NCBI RefSeq assembly: GCF_006345805.1
Contig: NW_021832112.1
Coordinates: 1-33,104, forward strand
DNA length: 33,104 bases
DNA from: Octopus sinensis
Lineage: Eukaryota
Direction of reading: 5' to 3'
Part shown: positions 1-12,153 of the stretch, one piece after another
How positions within the stretch are numbered: the stretch's first letter is position 1
Layout of the letters: the number at the start of each line of letters is the position of its first letter
Position numbers and translations under genes: made by a program
The notes under the pieces: generated by a model
The model's input: only the letters and a program-made list of their open reading frames with translations
Told to the model about the DNA's origin: nothing
Database searches by the model: none

Positions 1-195
1 ACTACATTTTGAAATTTATCACGTTTTTGTATTTGGCTTGCCTTGAACTCGGGTGCTAAAGCATATTTTGCTGTATTTCGGGAGGGTCGTTATATCAACG
101 ATAAACACACGCACTGATTCAATTTCACTTCTTTATTATTATTATTATTATTATTATTATTGTTATTATTATTATTATTATTGTTGTTGTTGTTG

Positions 196-226
<31 letters not shown>

Positions 227-419
227 TTATTGTTATTATTATCTATTTAACCAATTACGTAATTGATTGTTTGGTTAATTATTCCCTCAGTCAATCAGCC
301 ACGGTTGTCATTCCGTCGTTTCTTGCGACCTTATCAATGACATACTCTCGACACTAAATCCTCTTCATGTCTGTCTGTCTGTCCTTTATAAACCTTTTCT
401 TCTTTCTTTTATTTAAGGC

Positions 420-970
420 TTTAGGATACGATTTGAGGGAAATCAGGCTACCATCTTTTGGCGTAGATCATTCGAAGTAGTTTCTTGCTTTGTTTCTCTG
501 ATGATCAAGGTCGGCCCTGATCCAACAGACCTATGAACAAAGTGATTCCAATCGTGACCACCTCGCCTTTTCAGTAAAATTTCCGTTACTATCTTTTCCA
601 AAGTATCCTTCATTTACTTAAGACTGTAGGGGATTTTGGCCCTTATTTCAAGCTGATAAACCCAACAACATTGAGGTCTCTCTTGTTGTTGTTTTACTCC
701 AAGTCGTTTCTGATCGTGAACACCTATGAAGAAAGGTGTTCCGACCGTGACCACCCAGAATTTCGAGGATATCTGTTGGATTAGTTAACCATTGTATTCT
801 TTTTGTTAAGGTGACAGAATGCGATTTGAGGAAGATTTGACTGTCATTTCCAGCATGTCCAACCGCAACATAAAAGCTTAATGTGTTGCTGTTGTTGTTT
901 ATCTGTGGGCCAACTCTTAACAACAGATCAATGATCAAATTTATTCCAACTGTGACCATCCTGCCTGGTC
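420..970 (-). repeat. Decayed tandem array of family-D units, period ~193-205 bp
   Basis: GTGACCA anchor at 554, 747 and 952; GATTT(G/T)..G module at ~429, ~630 and ~822. Confidence 0.55.
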
Positions 971-1384
971 CAGCATTATAGCGATTATGCCAATCCACCG
1001 CTCTAAATAATCCCTTAATAATCCCTACAATTTGGGGTTTAAGAGGATACACGTTTATACAGGCCTCAGTACACGACTAGTATTGTATGCTAGCTGGCCC
1101 CGTGCCGTCAAAAATGGCGGCTAATTGTAGTATTTTATATATAAAGACGAAAGTTGGAATATGGATGGTAATTCAAATTAATACACTTGTCAATGTTATC
1201 TTGTGGTTGTATTTTGAGATGTGACATCGATCATCGTTTGTTACTAAAAGAACGCTGGTTCACACATACAAATGTTCACATACTTCCCTTGTACTCGCAC
1301 ACACATACACACATATACTCACACAGAGTTGAAACGCTGTTTGATTTTTCTTTTCAGCATTGAATGTTCACCATCCCACTGCCA

Positions 1385-1418
<34 letters not shown>

Positions 1419-2277
1419 ACACACACAGACCACACACACACACACACGCACATACACTCACACAGATTCACATACCTCCCATTTACATACACACACATAT
1501 ACCCACACAGAGTTGAAACGCTGTTTGTTTTTTTTCACCATAGAACTTCCATCATCCCACTACCAAGTTTGCCATCACCCCTTCCTTCGTTATTCATTTA
1601 CCACCCCTTCCTTTCTCATTCATCTATCACCCCTTCCTTTCTCATTCATATGCTGTGACGGAGAAATACACAAGAGTATTATTATAGTAGATTACTGACC
1701 CCAGAAAAGATGAAAGGAAAAGCTGACCTCGGCCAGATTGGAAACAATTTTTAAGGATTTATTCTTTAAGTCCTTCAAGAATGATCGGCAGATGTTTTAG
1801 TAAAAGGTCGCTCGAGTTTTAGACACTAATCTCGTTTTAGACATTAATCTTATTTCAGACATTAATCTTGTTTTAGGCATTAATCTTGTTGTTACTGTTG
1901 ACTCCCAGGTGAAACTCAATCGGGTAGATTTAAAAGTCAACGACATTCCCAAAGATATCTTCCAGTCTGTTTAGAAGTGTTTAGGGTGGGGAAGGAGTAT
2001 CTAATGTTACATCATCTACGAAATGAAAGACACCACAGGTCAGAGGTGAAACACTGACCATGGCACGGATGGGTGACCAGCGGGGACATCTCCGACATAT
2101 GATCAATTGTAATTTAATTAATCTAGTTCGATCTCTCTCTCTCTCTTCTTTCTCTCTCTCTCTATCTCTTTATTTATATATATATATATATATAATATAT
2201 ATATATATATATACATACATATATATATGAGTGTGTGCTTGTATATATATGTATGTATGTATATATATATATAGCAA

Positions 2278-2322
2278 AAACTGTCCGACGAACGGCAACG
2301 GGAAACTCAGAGTAGCAGATTT
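2278..2322 (+). ncRNA. Minimal type I hammerhead ribozyme, slightly degenerate
   Basis: AAACUGU-CCGACGA-ACG(GCAA)CGG-GAAA-CUCAGAG-U-A-GCAGAUUU. Stem I pairs, there is a GNRA loop, stem III is near-palindromic and the triplet is GUA. Two lesions: U4->C and a 10.1/11.1 mismatch. Confidence 0.5.
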
Positions 2323-3694
2323 TGTTGAATTTTCTGCTGCTTTGAGTAAAGCATATTACTCTACCACTGGTATTTGAGTACTCTTTTTTCTTGACTTTTT
2401 ATTAAAATTTTATGTATTGATTAAGTCTTTCCTTGTTTGTTTTGCAAAATAGTGGTTTTGTCTCTAATAATATTATATATATATATATAATATATATACA
2501 TTCCAAAACGTAAATACACGTGGACTCTTGGCGATTATTTTTCCTCCTCCTTTCTTTACTTTTGGACTTGCCTCTGTCTCCCGTTTCCGAAGAAGAGTTT
2601 TGCTTGAATCGTAAAACAATCACCGTTTCTTTCCTTCTCTCAGGGTCTTGGTAATACTTTGTATGTACAACGTACTCGCGTTATTGTTTTTTTGTGTGTT
2701 ATTCTTCAGTTTTAAAAAAATTAATCTATATGTAATATATATATATCATATATATATATATATATATACTGGCCATTATTCAGTAGGTTGTGGCCAAATC
2801 GGCACACCTCTTGAATTTAGTGGGCTAAGGCCATACTGTCGTCGCCTGTGTGATAATCTACTCGATGATGATGATGATGGTAATGGTGGCGGTGGTGGTG
2901 GTGGTGCTGCTGCTGCTCCTGATACTCTTGCTGTCGATAGCATAGTAATTTTGATTCTGGTGGTGAAGATGAGGACGTCGATGACAACGACGACGACAAT
3001 GATGATAAACAACAGCGCTTATTGTACTTCGGCCACTGGGTCTATGAGTTCAAGTCCAACCAAAACCACTTTACTTCGCTTTGAAAACAAAACTGAAGCT
3101 ATATAACATAAATGATATCTGCTGAAGCTTTCACCAATGAAATCGTACCATAGCAACATAATATTAACAGATACACTATGACATCGATATCATTCCAATC
3201 ATAAGATTGATCATAATCCTTATTCCGTACAATATTACTCTTAACCATTTCCATTCATTTTAATCGTGGACAGTTTTATGCAGGTCTTTCTAGAATGGAT
3301 CCAGTCGTTGACGTAAAGATCAATATAAAAAAATGTCAACATACAAGATGGAAGATGCGGTTGACGAGTGTATGCCATTGATTTTTTTCAAAGATGTTAT
3401 TTCGTAACTGTATCTTCAGTACAACCCATGGGGACTTTATACCATCTCATCAGACGAACGATACAGAAAACAACAAAACAACAAAACAAAACAAAAAACA
3501 AGATACAATCCTAATTCTTAGTTCTCGGTACAGTTTTAATAACTTGAGAATTTGCAAAATAAGCACGGAATTTCCATGAGTGGCTGTCATACATATGACT
3601 CGTCGTCTTAGAGTAGTGAGTACCTCGTTTAAATGGTGAGTACCACTGTACTACGAACAAGCACATCCTAAGACTCTCTCTGGCTCCCTCTCTC

Positions 3695-3745
<51 letters not shown>

Positions 3746-3861
3746 GTATACACACACACTCACAAACATATATATATGCTCATATATATATACATACGTA
3801 TGTTTATATATATATAAACATACTTATACACTTATATATATATACATATATGCATATATAT

Positions 3862-3914
<53 letters not shown>

Positions 3915-4016
3915 TATATACATAATATTATGTATGTATGTATACATGCATGGATGCATGTATATGTTTACCCGCGTGGACATGTATATGTATGTGTATC
4001 TTCTACACAGGTACAA

Positions 4017-4211
4017 GACCTGGAATTTTGTGGGGAGGGAGTTAGTCGTTTATATCAGCCCAAGTGTATAGCTGGTACTTGTTTTTCTCGACCCCGAAAT
4101 GATAAAAGACAAAGTCGACCTTGTTGGCATTTGTAATTCGAATATAAATCCGGAAGAAATGCTGTTAAGCATTTTCTCCGGTGCCTTAACGATTCTACCA
4201 GCTCGCTGCCT
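4017..4211 (-). mobile_element. SINE family B (GGCGGCGAGCTGGCAGAA head)
   Basis: TCGACCCCGAAATGATAAAAGACAAAGTCGACC core and ...GATTCTACCAGCTCGCTGCC head. Confidence 0.75.
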
Positions 4212-4979
4212 TAGAAACGACTACAGGTGAAATGTGAATCTATATTGTATAACTTCAGCCAGGGATTGAAACAGGATCGCGCTTTTTCGGTTCGTGTAGG
4301 GTTGGTCTGTCTAACTTCGCATGACTTATGAATGAATAAATATATCAATGAATAACAGAATGAATGACTGTGTTGTGTTTAATCATTCGTGTAGATTGGA
4401 GGAAATCCTCAGTAATGTGTGAACATTAATTCAAATTTATTCATAGCAACGGTGCGCGTTCATTTAAGGAGCAGCAACATATTACTCGAGATGAGACGCT
4501 ACACTTTGCCCTTTGTCAATTTGTCATTTTCTCCTATTCAAGGTTCACATGCATATATATACATACATACAAATACATGCATATGAGTGTGTTTGTATTT
4601 TTATATTATATATATATATTCATATGTTTTTTTACGTATGTTGTGTGTAGTACCTCTCTTTTCTCTCGCTCTCACTCTCACTATTTCTTTCTTTTTCTCT
4701 CTCTTTCTCCGTTTTTGCTCTATGAGCTCTATATATATAATATATATATATATCTATATATATATATATTATATATATATATATTATACTATATATATAT
4801 ATATATACCTATATACACCTACACACACATATATATATATATATATGTATGTTATATAGGTATATTACGTTTATATATTGTTTTGCAAGATTTTTGATGT
4901 GAAATCGTGTGGTGAAATGACCATTCCTAACTACAACAATATGTATATATATATCTGTACATATATACATACATAATGT

Positions 4980-5016
<37 letters not shown>

Positions 5017-5035
5017 CTGTATGTGTATATATACA

Positions 5036-5086
<51 letters not shown>

Positions 5087-5754
5087 GAAAAACAACTTTA
5101 TAGAGAGACACAGATGCACAGAGAGAGGAAGAAGTAGAAAAGAGAGAATGAAAGACATAAATGCATAGACAGGCTGAAGGATGAGGAGAGAGAGAGATAG
5201 GGAGAGAGTGAAAGAGAGAGAGAGAGACAGAGAGAGAGACGGATCCAGAAAGACGATAAAAAGGAGTCTTCAATAGAGAGCAGCCATAGAATGTTCTATT
5301 CTTACATTCTATGTGAAACTGTTATTCTAAAAAATAAGCCAAAATATTTTATATGAAGGAAACCTGTAACTATTAATTACTTAATAACTATCTTAAGATA
5401 ATTAACTATCTTAACTTCGTTTTATTGGTGAAGCGACTCACAATACGATAATTAAAACAGTGATTTATAAAATACATCAACTTGAATGTAATTATGTATT
5501 AAGGTATTGGACTAAAGGTTAAGATTAATGCTCGTATCAGACGAGAGTCTTTAATCCTCTTTAATTAGTCAGGCTTGTTTAATCAAGTGATGTGAATTGT
5601 TGAAGGCTTCGTTATGAATAGTGAATTTAATCGCAGTAATTAACCAAGTAAACTTTTTTAATTACAAAACTTTTATATCTATTGCAATATTCAATTAAAC
5701 TATGAGATTTGACATCATTTAACCCTTTCAACTGCAAAAAATCGTTCACACACA

Positions 5755-5795
<41 letters not shown>

Positions 5796-6584
5796 CATAC
5801 ACACACCAGAGGGAGGTTAAAAAGCGAAAGAAAACCGCGGTCAACAGGTTTAGTTGGGGCTGTACTTAATTAATTGCTTCACTTCGGCATTACTTAAAGT
5901 TTCGTGGGCACAAAACACTTTAACGAATCAGAGTGACTTGTCATGAAATTACACACACACGCACACACGCACACACGCATGCACACGCACACACACATAC
6001 ACATACACAGAGGCGCGTTCGGTACATTTTAATCCTTAAATTGTGCGATAAATATTCTGTCCAGTATATTCAAGTTTTTATCATTTTGTTATTGTATAAT
6101 TTATGAATCCTAAGTTTGAATATAACACAAAATACGAGAGATTGCAGTTCAGCTTCATAGTTACGCCATCTTATTAACACAATGTTATCATTATTACAAA
6201 TTTAAATTATATAATCATGGCTTATCGTCAGGTCATCAGAGATGTGTAACTTTTACATGTAGTATTAATGGATTAAAAGGATTTGACAGAATAACCATCG
6301 CTTGCTATCTCTGCGATGGTAAATTCTGGCATGAGCTTTTTGATCCAATAATGGAACGTATAAAATTTTCACGTCTCTGGCGATTTCACAAAAAGTTTTG
6401 ATTATGCAACTAATAAAAACCATCCCAAATTGCAAAGATAATCTGGAACTAGACTGACGAAAGAAAACTCCGAATGACCTGTCCTTGTTTTTTCTTGTCC
6501 CTTTTTGTATCATCTAACTGTCCTGGATGTTTGTTGCCTGTTGCGTTCTTGTCCCTATTTGTATTCCTAATATATATCTATATA

Positions 6585-6615
<31 letters not shown>

Positions 6616-6677
6616 ATACATTGTATGTATGTATGCATAATAAAAATAGACAGACAGACAGTCAGAAGACAGACAGG

Positions 6678-6691
6678 AAGCAGATAGATAA

Positions 6692-6756
<65 letters not shown>

Positions 6757-6800
6757 CAGATAGATAGATGGATGGATGGATGGATGGATGGGTGGATGCA
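6678..6800. repeat. (GATA)n/(GGAT)n microsatellite, representative of dozens of (TA), (CA), (GA), (TATG) and (GATA) tracts (e.g. 8925-9050, 19995-20125, 29155-29490)
   Basis: Read directly. Confidence 0.95.
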
Positions 6801-7158
6801 TGCATGCATTTTATTCTGCACGGCAAGCTTTTCTCAATATCAGTAAATACACTATTCACTATATACTACATAGGGACAGATTTCGTGTAGTTATATGAAA
6901 AGCGAGTAGATATCCTTGACATGGCATTAGGAGGTCGGAAGGCGTCTGGCATTCTTGTTGATCACTGCTGGGATGTTTTTTGTTTTGCACCCTTACACTC
7001 TGTGTTTTTAAAATAGTATATCTATGAAGAGATACTTCTCTCAGACAAAAACGACAGCATCGTATCTTTCAACGGTATATATACGTTAAGTTTGATACAT
7101 AGACGGCTCTCTCACTCACTCACTCTCTCTCTCTCTCTCTCTCTCTCCGTGTATGTAA

Positions 7159-7195
<37 letters not shown>

Positions 7196-8812
7196 ATGTT
7201 TGTCTAAGTATTATATTTAGCGTATACATATACAGAGAATGAGAGTGAGAGAGAGGGGGCTTGCTTTATGTTGCTTTGGTGAGATGGAGGATAAACATTG
7301 ATGGCGTAAATTTCTCTGGCGTTTTTCTTCCTTTCATTTTGTTTACGTAGTAAAAGTATACATTCGTTGGCCCCGTTGTATTTAAATCATTTTTTTTTTC
7401 TTTTTTATCTCTCTTTGGTTGTATTCGTCTTGTCTGCAACGGAGAAGTTAGCAAATGTTTGAGTAAATAGCAACCTCATAGTAACACCATCTGACTGTTG
7501 ACGCGTTTGTTTTGTTTATATTTTTGTTTTGCTGATACGAGTATGAAACATCACATGTAAAAAGCATAATAGTAATATATTTTGCGAGTGTGTGTTGAAT
7601 AGAAATGCATAACAAGATAAATGCCATTAGAAGAAAATGAAAACGAAAATAAAAACAAGAACGAAAGCAAAAAGGATGTACACTGTGAATGTAGTAAATG
7701 GACGATGGAAAAGGGGTGTATGTATGTTTGATGTTTCAAGCTCACACACAGACACACACATACACATACACGTAAGGACATACACAAACACACACACATA
7801 TATGCATACAAAAATAACAACACACACACACACACATATGATTCTCCCTCTTGTCCATTAAGTAGAAAAGGCGTCGCTGAGGAGGTCTAATACTACAGAA
7901 ACGTGTACGTTACTTTCACCTGTTACTTTGATAAACATGACTCTTACACATTTGTATGGGGATTTTGTTTAGCCAATGATACAGAAGTTATCTCCCCCTT
8001 TTCATTACATTTATATTTTCAACATCCTTATAAAGAGAAATTTTGTGTAGTATTTGCATAATCTCATTTCATTGAAGTTTTTCCCCCCACCCCATTCTAT
8101 ACGTGATAATCTACCCTATGTGTATTTAGTATTTCAAACGCCACCTCTGAGGTATATATTTTTTATTCAGACAAATCGTCGGTAAATACTAGGTTGATGT
8201 AAATATCTTTCAGTCGCTTAGAAATACGTTTGTGAAGTTCAGTGTGTTAACAAAGAAGATATTCAGCGACAGAATCAATACGAAAATATCAGAAATGTTT
8301 ATATATTTGGTCAGGGGATGAAATAGTCTATCTCAGTAGGAATATGGGAGAGGAGTGCTGATTTGAGACGTGCTTACATACATACATACACAATAGTATA
8401 AATAATATATATATGCATATATGTATATATATATATATATATATATGCTCACACACACATGCATATATGGTACAGGACGTCACCAACAGTAAACAACATG
8501 ACATACAAAAACCAAGGTGTTCAATACGCAAAGAGTGAAAACAAATGGAAAACAGGACAAGTAACACAAAGAACGACCCTTCATCAGTTGTCAGCTGTCT
8601 ATCTACTCCTGATTTCGAGTATACATGCATACACACATTCACACATACATACGTATGTATATGTAGATATGTATATGTGTGTGTGTGTATACATATACAC
8701 ATAAATCTATACGTAAGCATATATACGTATACACACACATATTCATACGTGAACATTCTTGAATCAAAGAATACAGCAATGCAATACATGTGTGTGTGTG
8801 TATGTTGTGTGT

Positions 8813-8849
<37 letters not shown>

Positions 8850-8851
8850 AG

Positions 8852-8884
<33 letters not shown>

Positions 8885-8964
8885 GAGGTTAAGAGCTAAA
8901 GTGAAATGTATAGAAAGTTAGTTGGATTGATAGATAGATAGACAAATAGATAGATAGACAGATC

Positions 8965-9016
<52 letters not shown>

Positions 9017-9559
9017 TATAGAGATTGATAAATAAATAGATAGGTAGAGACATTGGTATGATACATGTATATGTGTGTGCATGTGTGTATATATATTATA
9101 TATATGTGTGTGTGTCTGTGTTTGTGTGTGTATGTAGATATATACAATACAATATACATACATACGTATATTGTATATTCATAATGGATGTATTCTTCTT
9201 CAAACAATTGTTAGGAGTTGATTGAACACAATCACTCTTATTGGCGACATTAACAAGTTTTAATTAACCCAATTTTCTGAGTAGACTCCATATTGTTCTT
9301 TCTTAATTACTTTAATTATTTATTTTATGTTCATTTAGTGTCTCTATTCATTTATTTTTCTTTCTTGTCCATCCATTGTGTTCATATAAACACAGACACA
9401 TCAATGGCCTTCCTCTTCTTGTAATTATACTGATATAATTGTTACGGAACAGCTCTTCATTCGCTTGTTAGAAACTTGCTGTTCTGTTCCAGACTTTTCG
9501 CGTTATCCTCATGAGCAGCTTCTTGGAATTGGAATTGGATTTCAGACACCTTTTACCGT

Positions 9560-9712
9560 TTTCCAGCTGGAGCACCGCCTTTAAGAATTTTTCAGTCGAT
9601 TGAATCGATCCTAGTATTTTATTGGTAACTTTTTTACCGAACCGCTCGGTTGCGAGGATGCAAACACACCAACACCGGAAATCAAGCGGTAGTGGGAACA
9701 AGCGGCCTCGTA
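9560..9712 (-). mobile_element. SINE family A, 3' half only, diverged
   Basis: GCTGGAGCACCGCCTTTA...CCGAACCGCT...AAACACACCAACACCGG matches the family-A 3' module; ends at (CA)n. Confidence 0.6.
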
Positions 9713-10197
9713 CACACACACACACACAGACAGACAGACAGACACACACACACACTCACACACACACACACACACACACAACACACACACACACACACAC
9801 ACATGAGCAATAATTACAACTATATGAAATATAGAGACTTGTTTATCCTCAAATTTTATTTCCTCTTATTTCACAATTCCATACGACCTACACGTGTTTC
9901 CATTGCAAAGAGTATAAACAGATGCACATGCAACCGGGCATAATTTTATGCGCAGCTTCGATCTGGGTCTGTCCACCAGCAAATTTCAAAGCAAACTGAA
10001 TACGGTTAGTTTGTTTTGTTGGTTAGGTTACTGTGGGAAAATAGGGGAAGGTTGTTTTGAATCCGAAATCTGATCTGCTTCTAAGATTGTGTGGTTGACC
10101 TCGGTTTCACATCAGTTGCTGGCCGAAGTCAGGATCCTATCTAAAGAAGGTCAAGGTTAATGTTACTGTTTTGGCAGTAACATTAACCTCGAGCCAG

Positions 10198-10249
10198 TCC
10201 TTACTGATGAGGCAAGGGAAATTGCTGAACTGACCGATCAGTATGAGGA
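10198..10249 (+). ncRNA. Degenerate type I hammerhead-like motif
   Basis: UCCUUA-CUGAUGA-GGCAAGG-GAAA-UUG(14 nt)CAG-U-A-UGAGGA. Stem I is 6 bp, the core boxes and GUA triplet are present, but stem II does not pair. Confidence 0.3.
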
Positions 10250-10314
10250 ATTCTCTATCTATGTTTTCGGGCGTTTCTATTCCCTGGCAGTATATATGTA
10301 TACAGTTACATATA

Positions 10315-10367
<53 letters not shown>

Positions 10368-10558
10368 CAGAAAGACACACATACACGCACAACACATTCA
10401 TAAGTACTTGTCACACATACACAAGGAAACATGGCAAATTTTGAAGCATAACTTAAATAAAATAAAATAAATATTTATTCCTGACGTTACAAAAGTTGAA
10501 AATAACTACAATTTTCATCACCGACATTTTGAATATATATACATATACATGTATGTAT

Positions 10559-10625
<67 letters not shown>

Positions 10626-10699
10626 ATACCTATATATATACACATACATATGCATGTAAATATGCATGCATATATATATTTATATAAAGATATATATAC

Positions 10700-10750
<51 letters not shown>

Positions 10751-10889
10751 CATGCATATATAATATATATATGTGTGTATATATGTAAGTATGTATGTAT
10801 ATAAATATATATGTATACATATACATCTTTATATAAAGATATATATATATATACATATATATATTTATACATGCATACATATATAGATG

Positions 10890-10923
<34 letters not shown>

Positions 10924-10924
10924 A

Positions 10925-11218
10925 TATGTATATGTATGTATATGTATGTATATGTATGTATATGTATGTATATGTATGTATATGTATGTATATGTATGTA
11001 TATGTATGTATATGTATGTATATGTATGTATATGTATGTATATGTATGTATATGTATGTATATGTATGTATATGTATGTATATGTATGTATATGTATGTA
11101 TATGTATGTATATGTATGTATATGTATGTATATGTATGTATATGTATGTATATGTATGTATATGTATGTATATGTATGTATATGTATGTATATGTATGTA
11201 TATGTATGTATATGTATA
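10925..11218. repeat. Perfect 10-bp minisatellite (TATGTATGTA)n
   Basis: 28 uninterrupted copies at 10931-11210 plus partial flanks. Confidence 0.95.
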
Positions 11219-11734
11219 TGCGTAATATGATCATGAATGCAAATGTAGTCAATCATACACATAATATGGTGTATACCAGATATCAGAACCCTTGAGATAA
11301 CACATAAAACCTGAAAATTAACTTAAATGAATAACATACTTCAATAAGCAAGCAATACTGTGCTAAACATAATAAGGCCGTCACTGCGCTAATATCTCTG
11401 TCCTTTTGATCTTTGTAATAGCAGGAACACAATTACTGTCTTCTTTTCTATGGTTAACTTGTGGCTTATATTATGATTAACTATATTAGCTGAATTGCCA
11501 GAGCGAAGAATTGGTAGACGAACCAAGTGATCGGTTGAATTTAGCTGCAGCGGTTTGGAATCTGAGTTCGATTTCTGCCAGCAGGAAATAAAATTATAAT
11601 CTCATAGTAATTTAGTAAAATAATCGATAAAATAAAGGGCAATTTCAGCACCGGAATCGATACAATTGTTTCTGCATCTCTCGGAAATCTTTATCACTTG
11701 TTACAAAATTCGAGGGGGTAGGTAATGGAAAAGG

Positions 11735-11965
11735 ATGCAATGGTCCCCATTGTTGTTGCTGCGCTTGGTACTTTGAGCACCAGAATTGAAACTAAAAAAC
11801 TAAATAAATAAAAGGAAATTGAAGACATCATCATCTTTGGAACTGCTAGAATGCTTAGGAGAGTGTTTGGCCACTGAAGGCGCTACCCCAGTACACTGAT
11901 TGTGGACAGCTGGTACCCGTATTACTTCACCAAAATGCCGTGCGACAAGCGGAATAACGATCATA
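11735..11965 (+). mobile_element. Second, shorter R4/Dong-type LINE 3' fragment
   Basis: Encodes VPIVVAALG (11743-11769) and, in a shifted frame, FGTARMLRRVFGH* (11836-11877), the typical C-terminus of these elements. Confidence 0.6.
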
Positions 11966-11969
11966 ATCC

Positions 11970-12153
11970 TTTCTACTATAGGCACAAGGCCTGCAATTTT
12001 GTGGGCTATGGGGACAGTCGATTACGTCGACCCCGGTACTCAACTGATACTTAATTTATCGACCCCGAAAGGATGAAAGGCAAAGTCGACCTCGGCAGAA
12101 TTTGAACTCAGAACATAAATACGGACGGAATGCCGCTAAGCAGTTTGTACGGC
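11970..12153 (-). mobile_element. SINE family B, head-truncated at the LINE junction
   Basis: TCGACCCCGAAAGGATGAAAGGCAAAGTCGACCTCGGCAGAATTTGAACTCAGAAC core. Confidence 0.8.

Noticed and set aside
1076-1125. CTAG plus GC hairpin resembling a Helitron terminus
   Set aside because: The hairpin is imperfect on the relevant strand, the nearer CTAG is not followed by T, and no matching other end was found.
2648-3106. 152-aa ORF and an acidic alternative frame (DSGGEDEDVDDNDDD...)
   Set aside because: Largely (TA), (GAT) and (GGT) repeats; no recognisable domain or convincing splice sites.
10680-11295. Several 110-190 aa ORFs with 10-aa periodicity
   Set aside because: Products of the stop-free 10-bp minisatellite.
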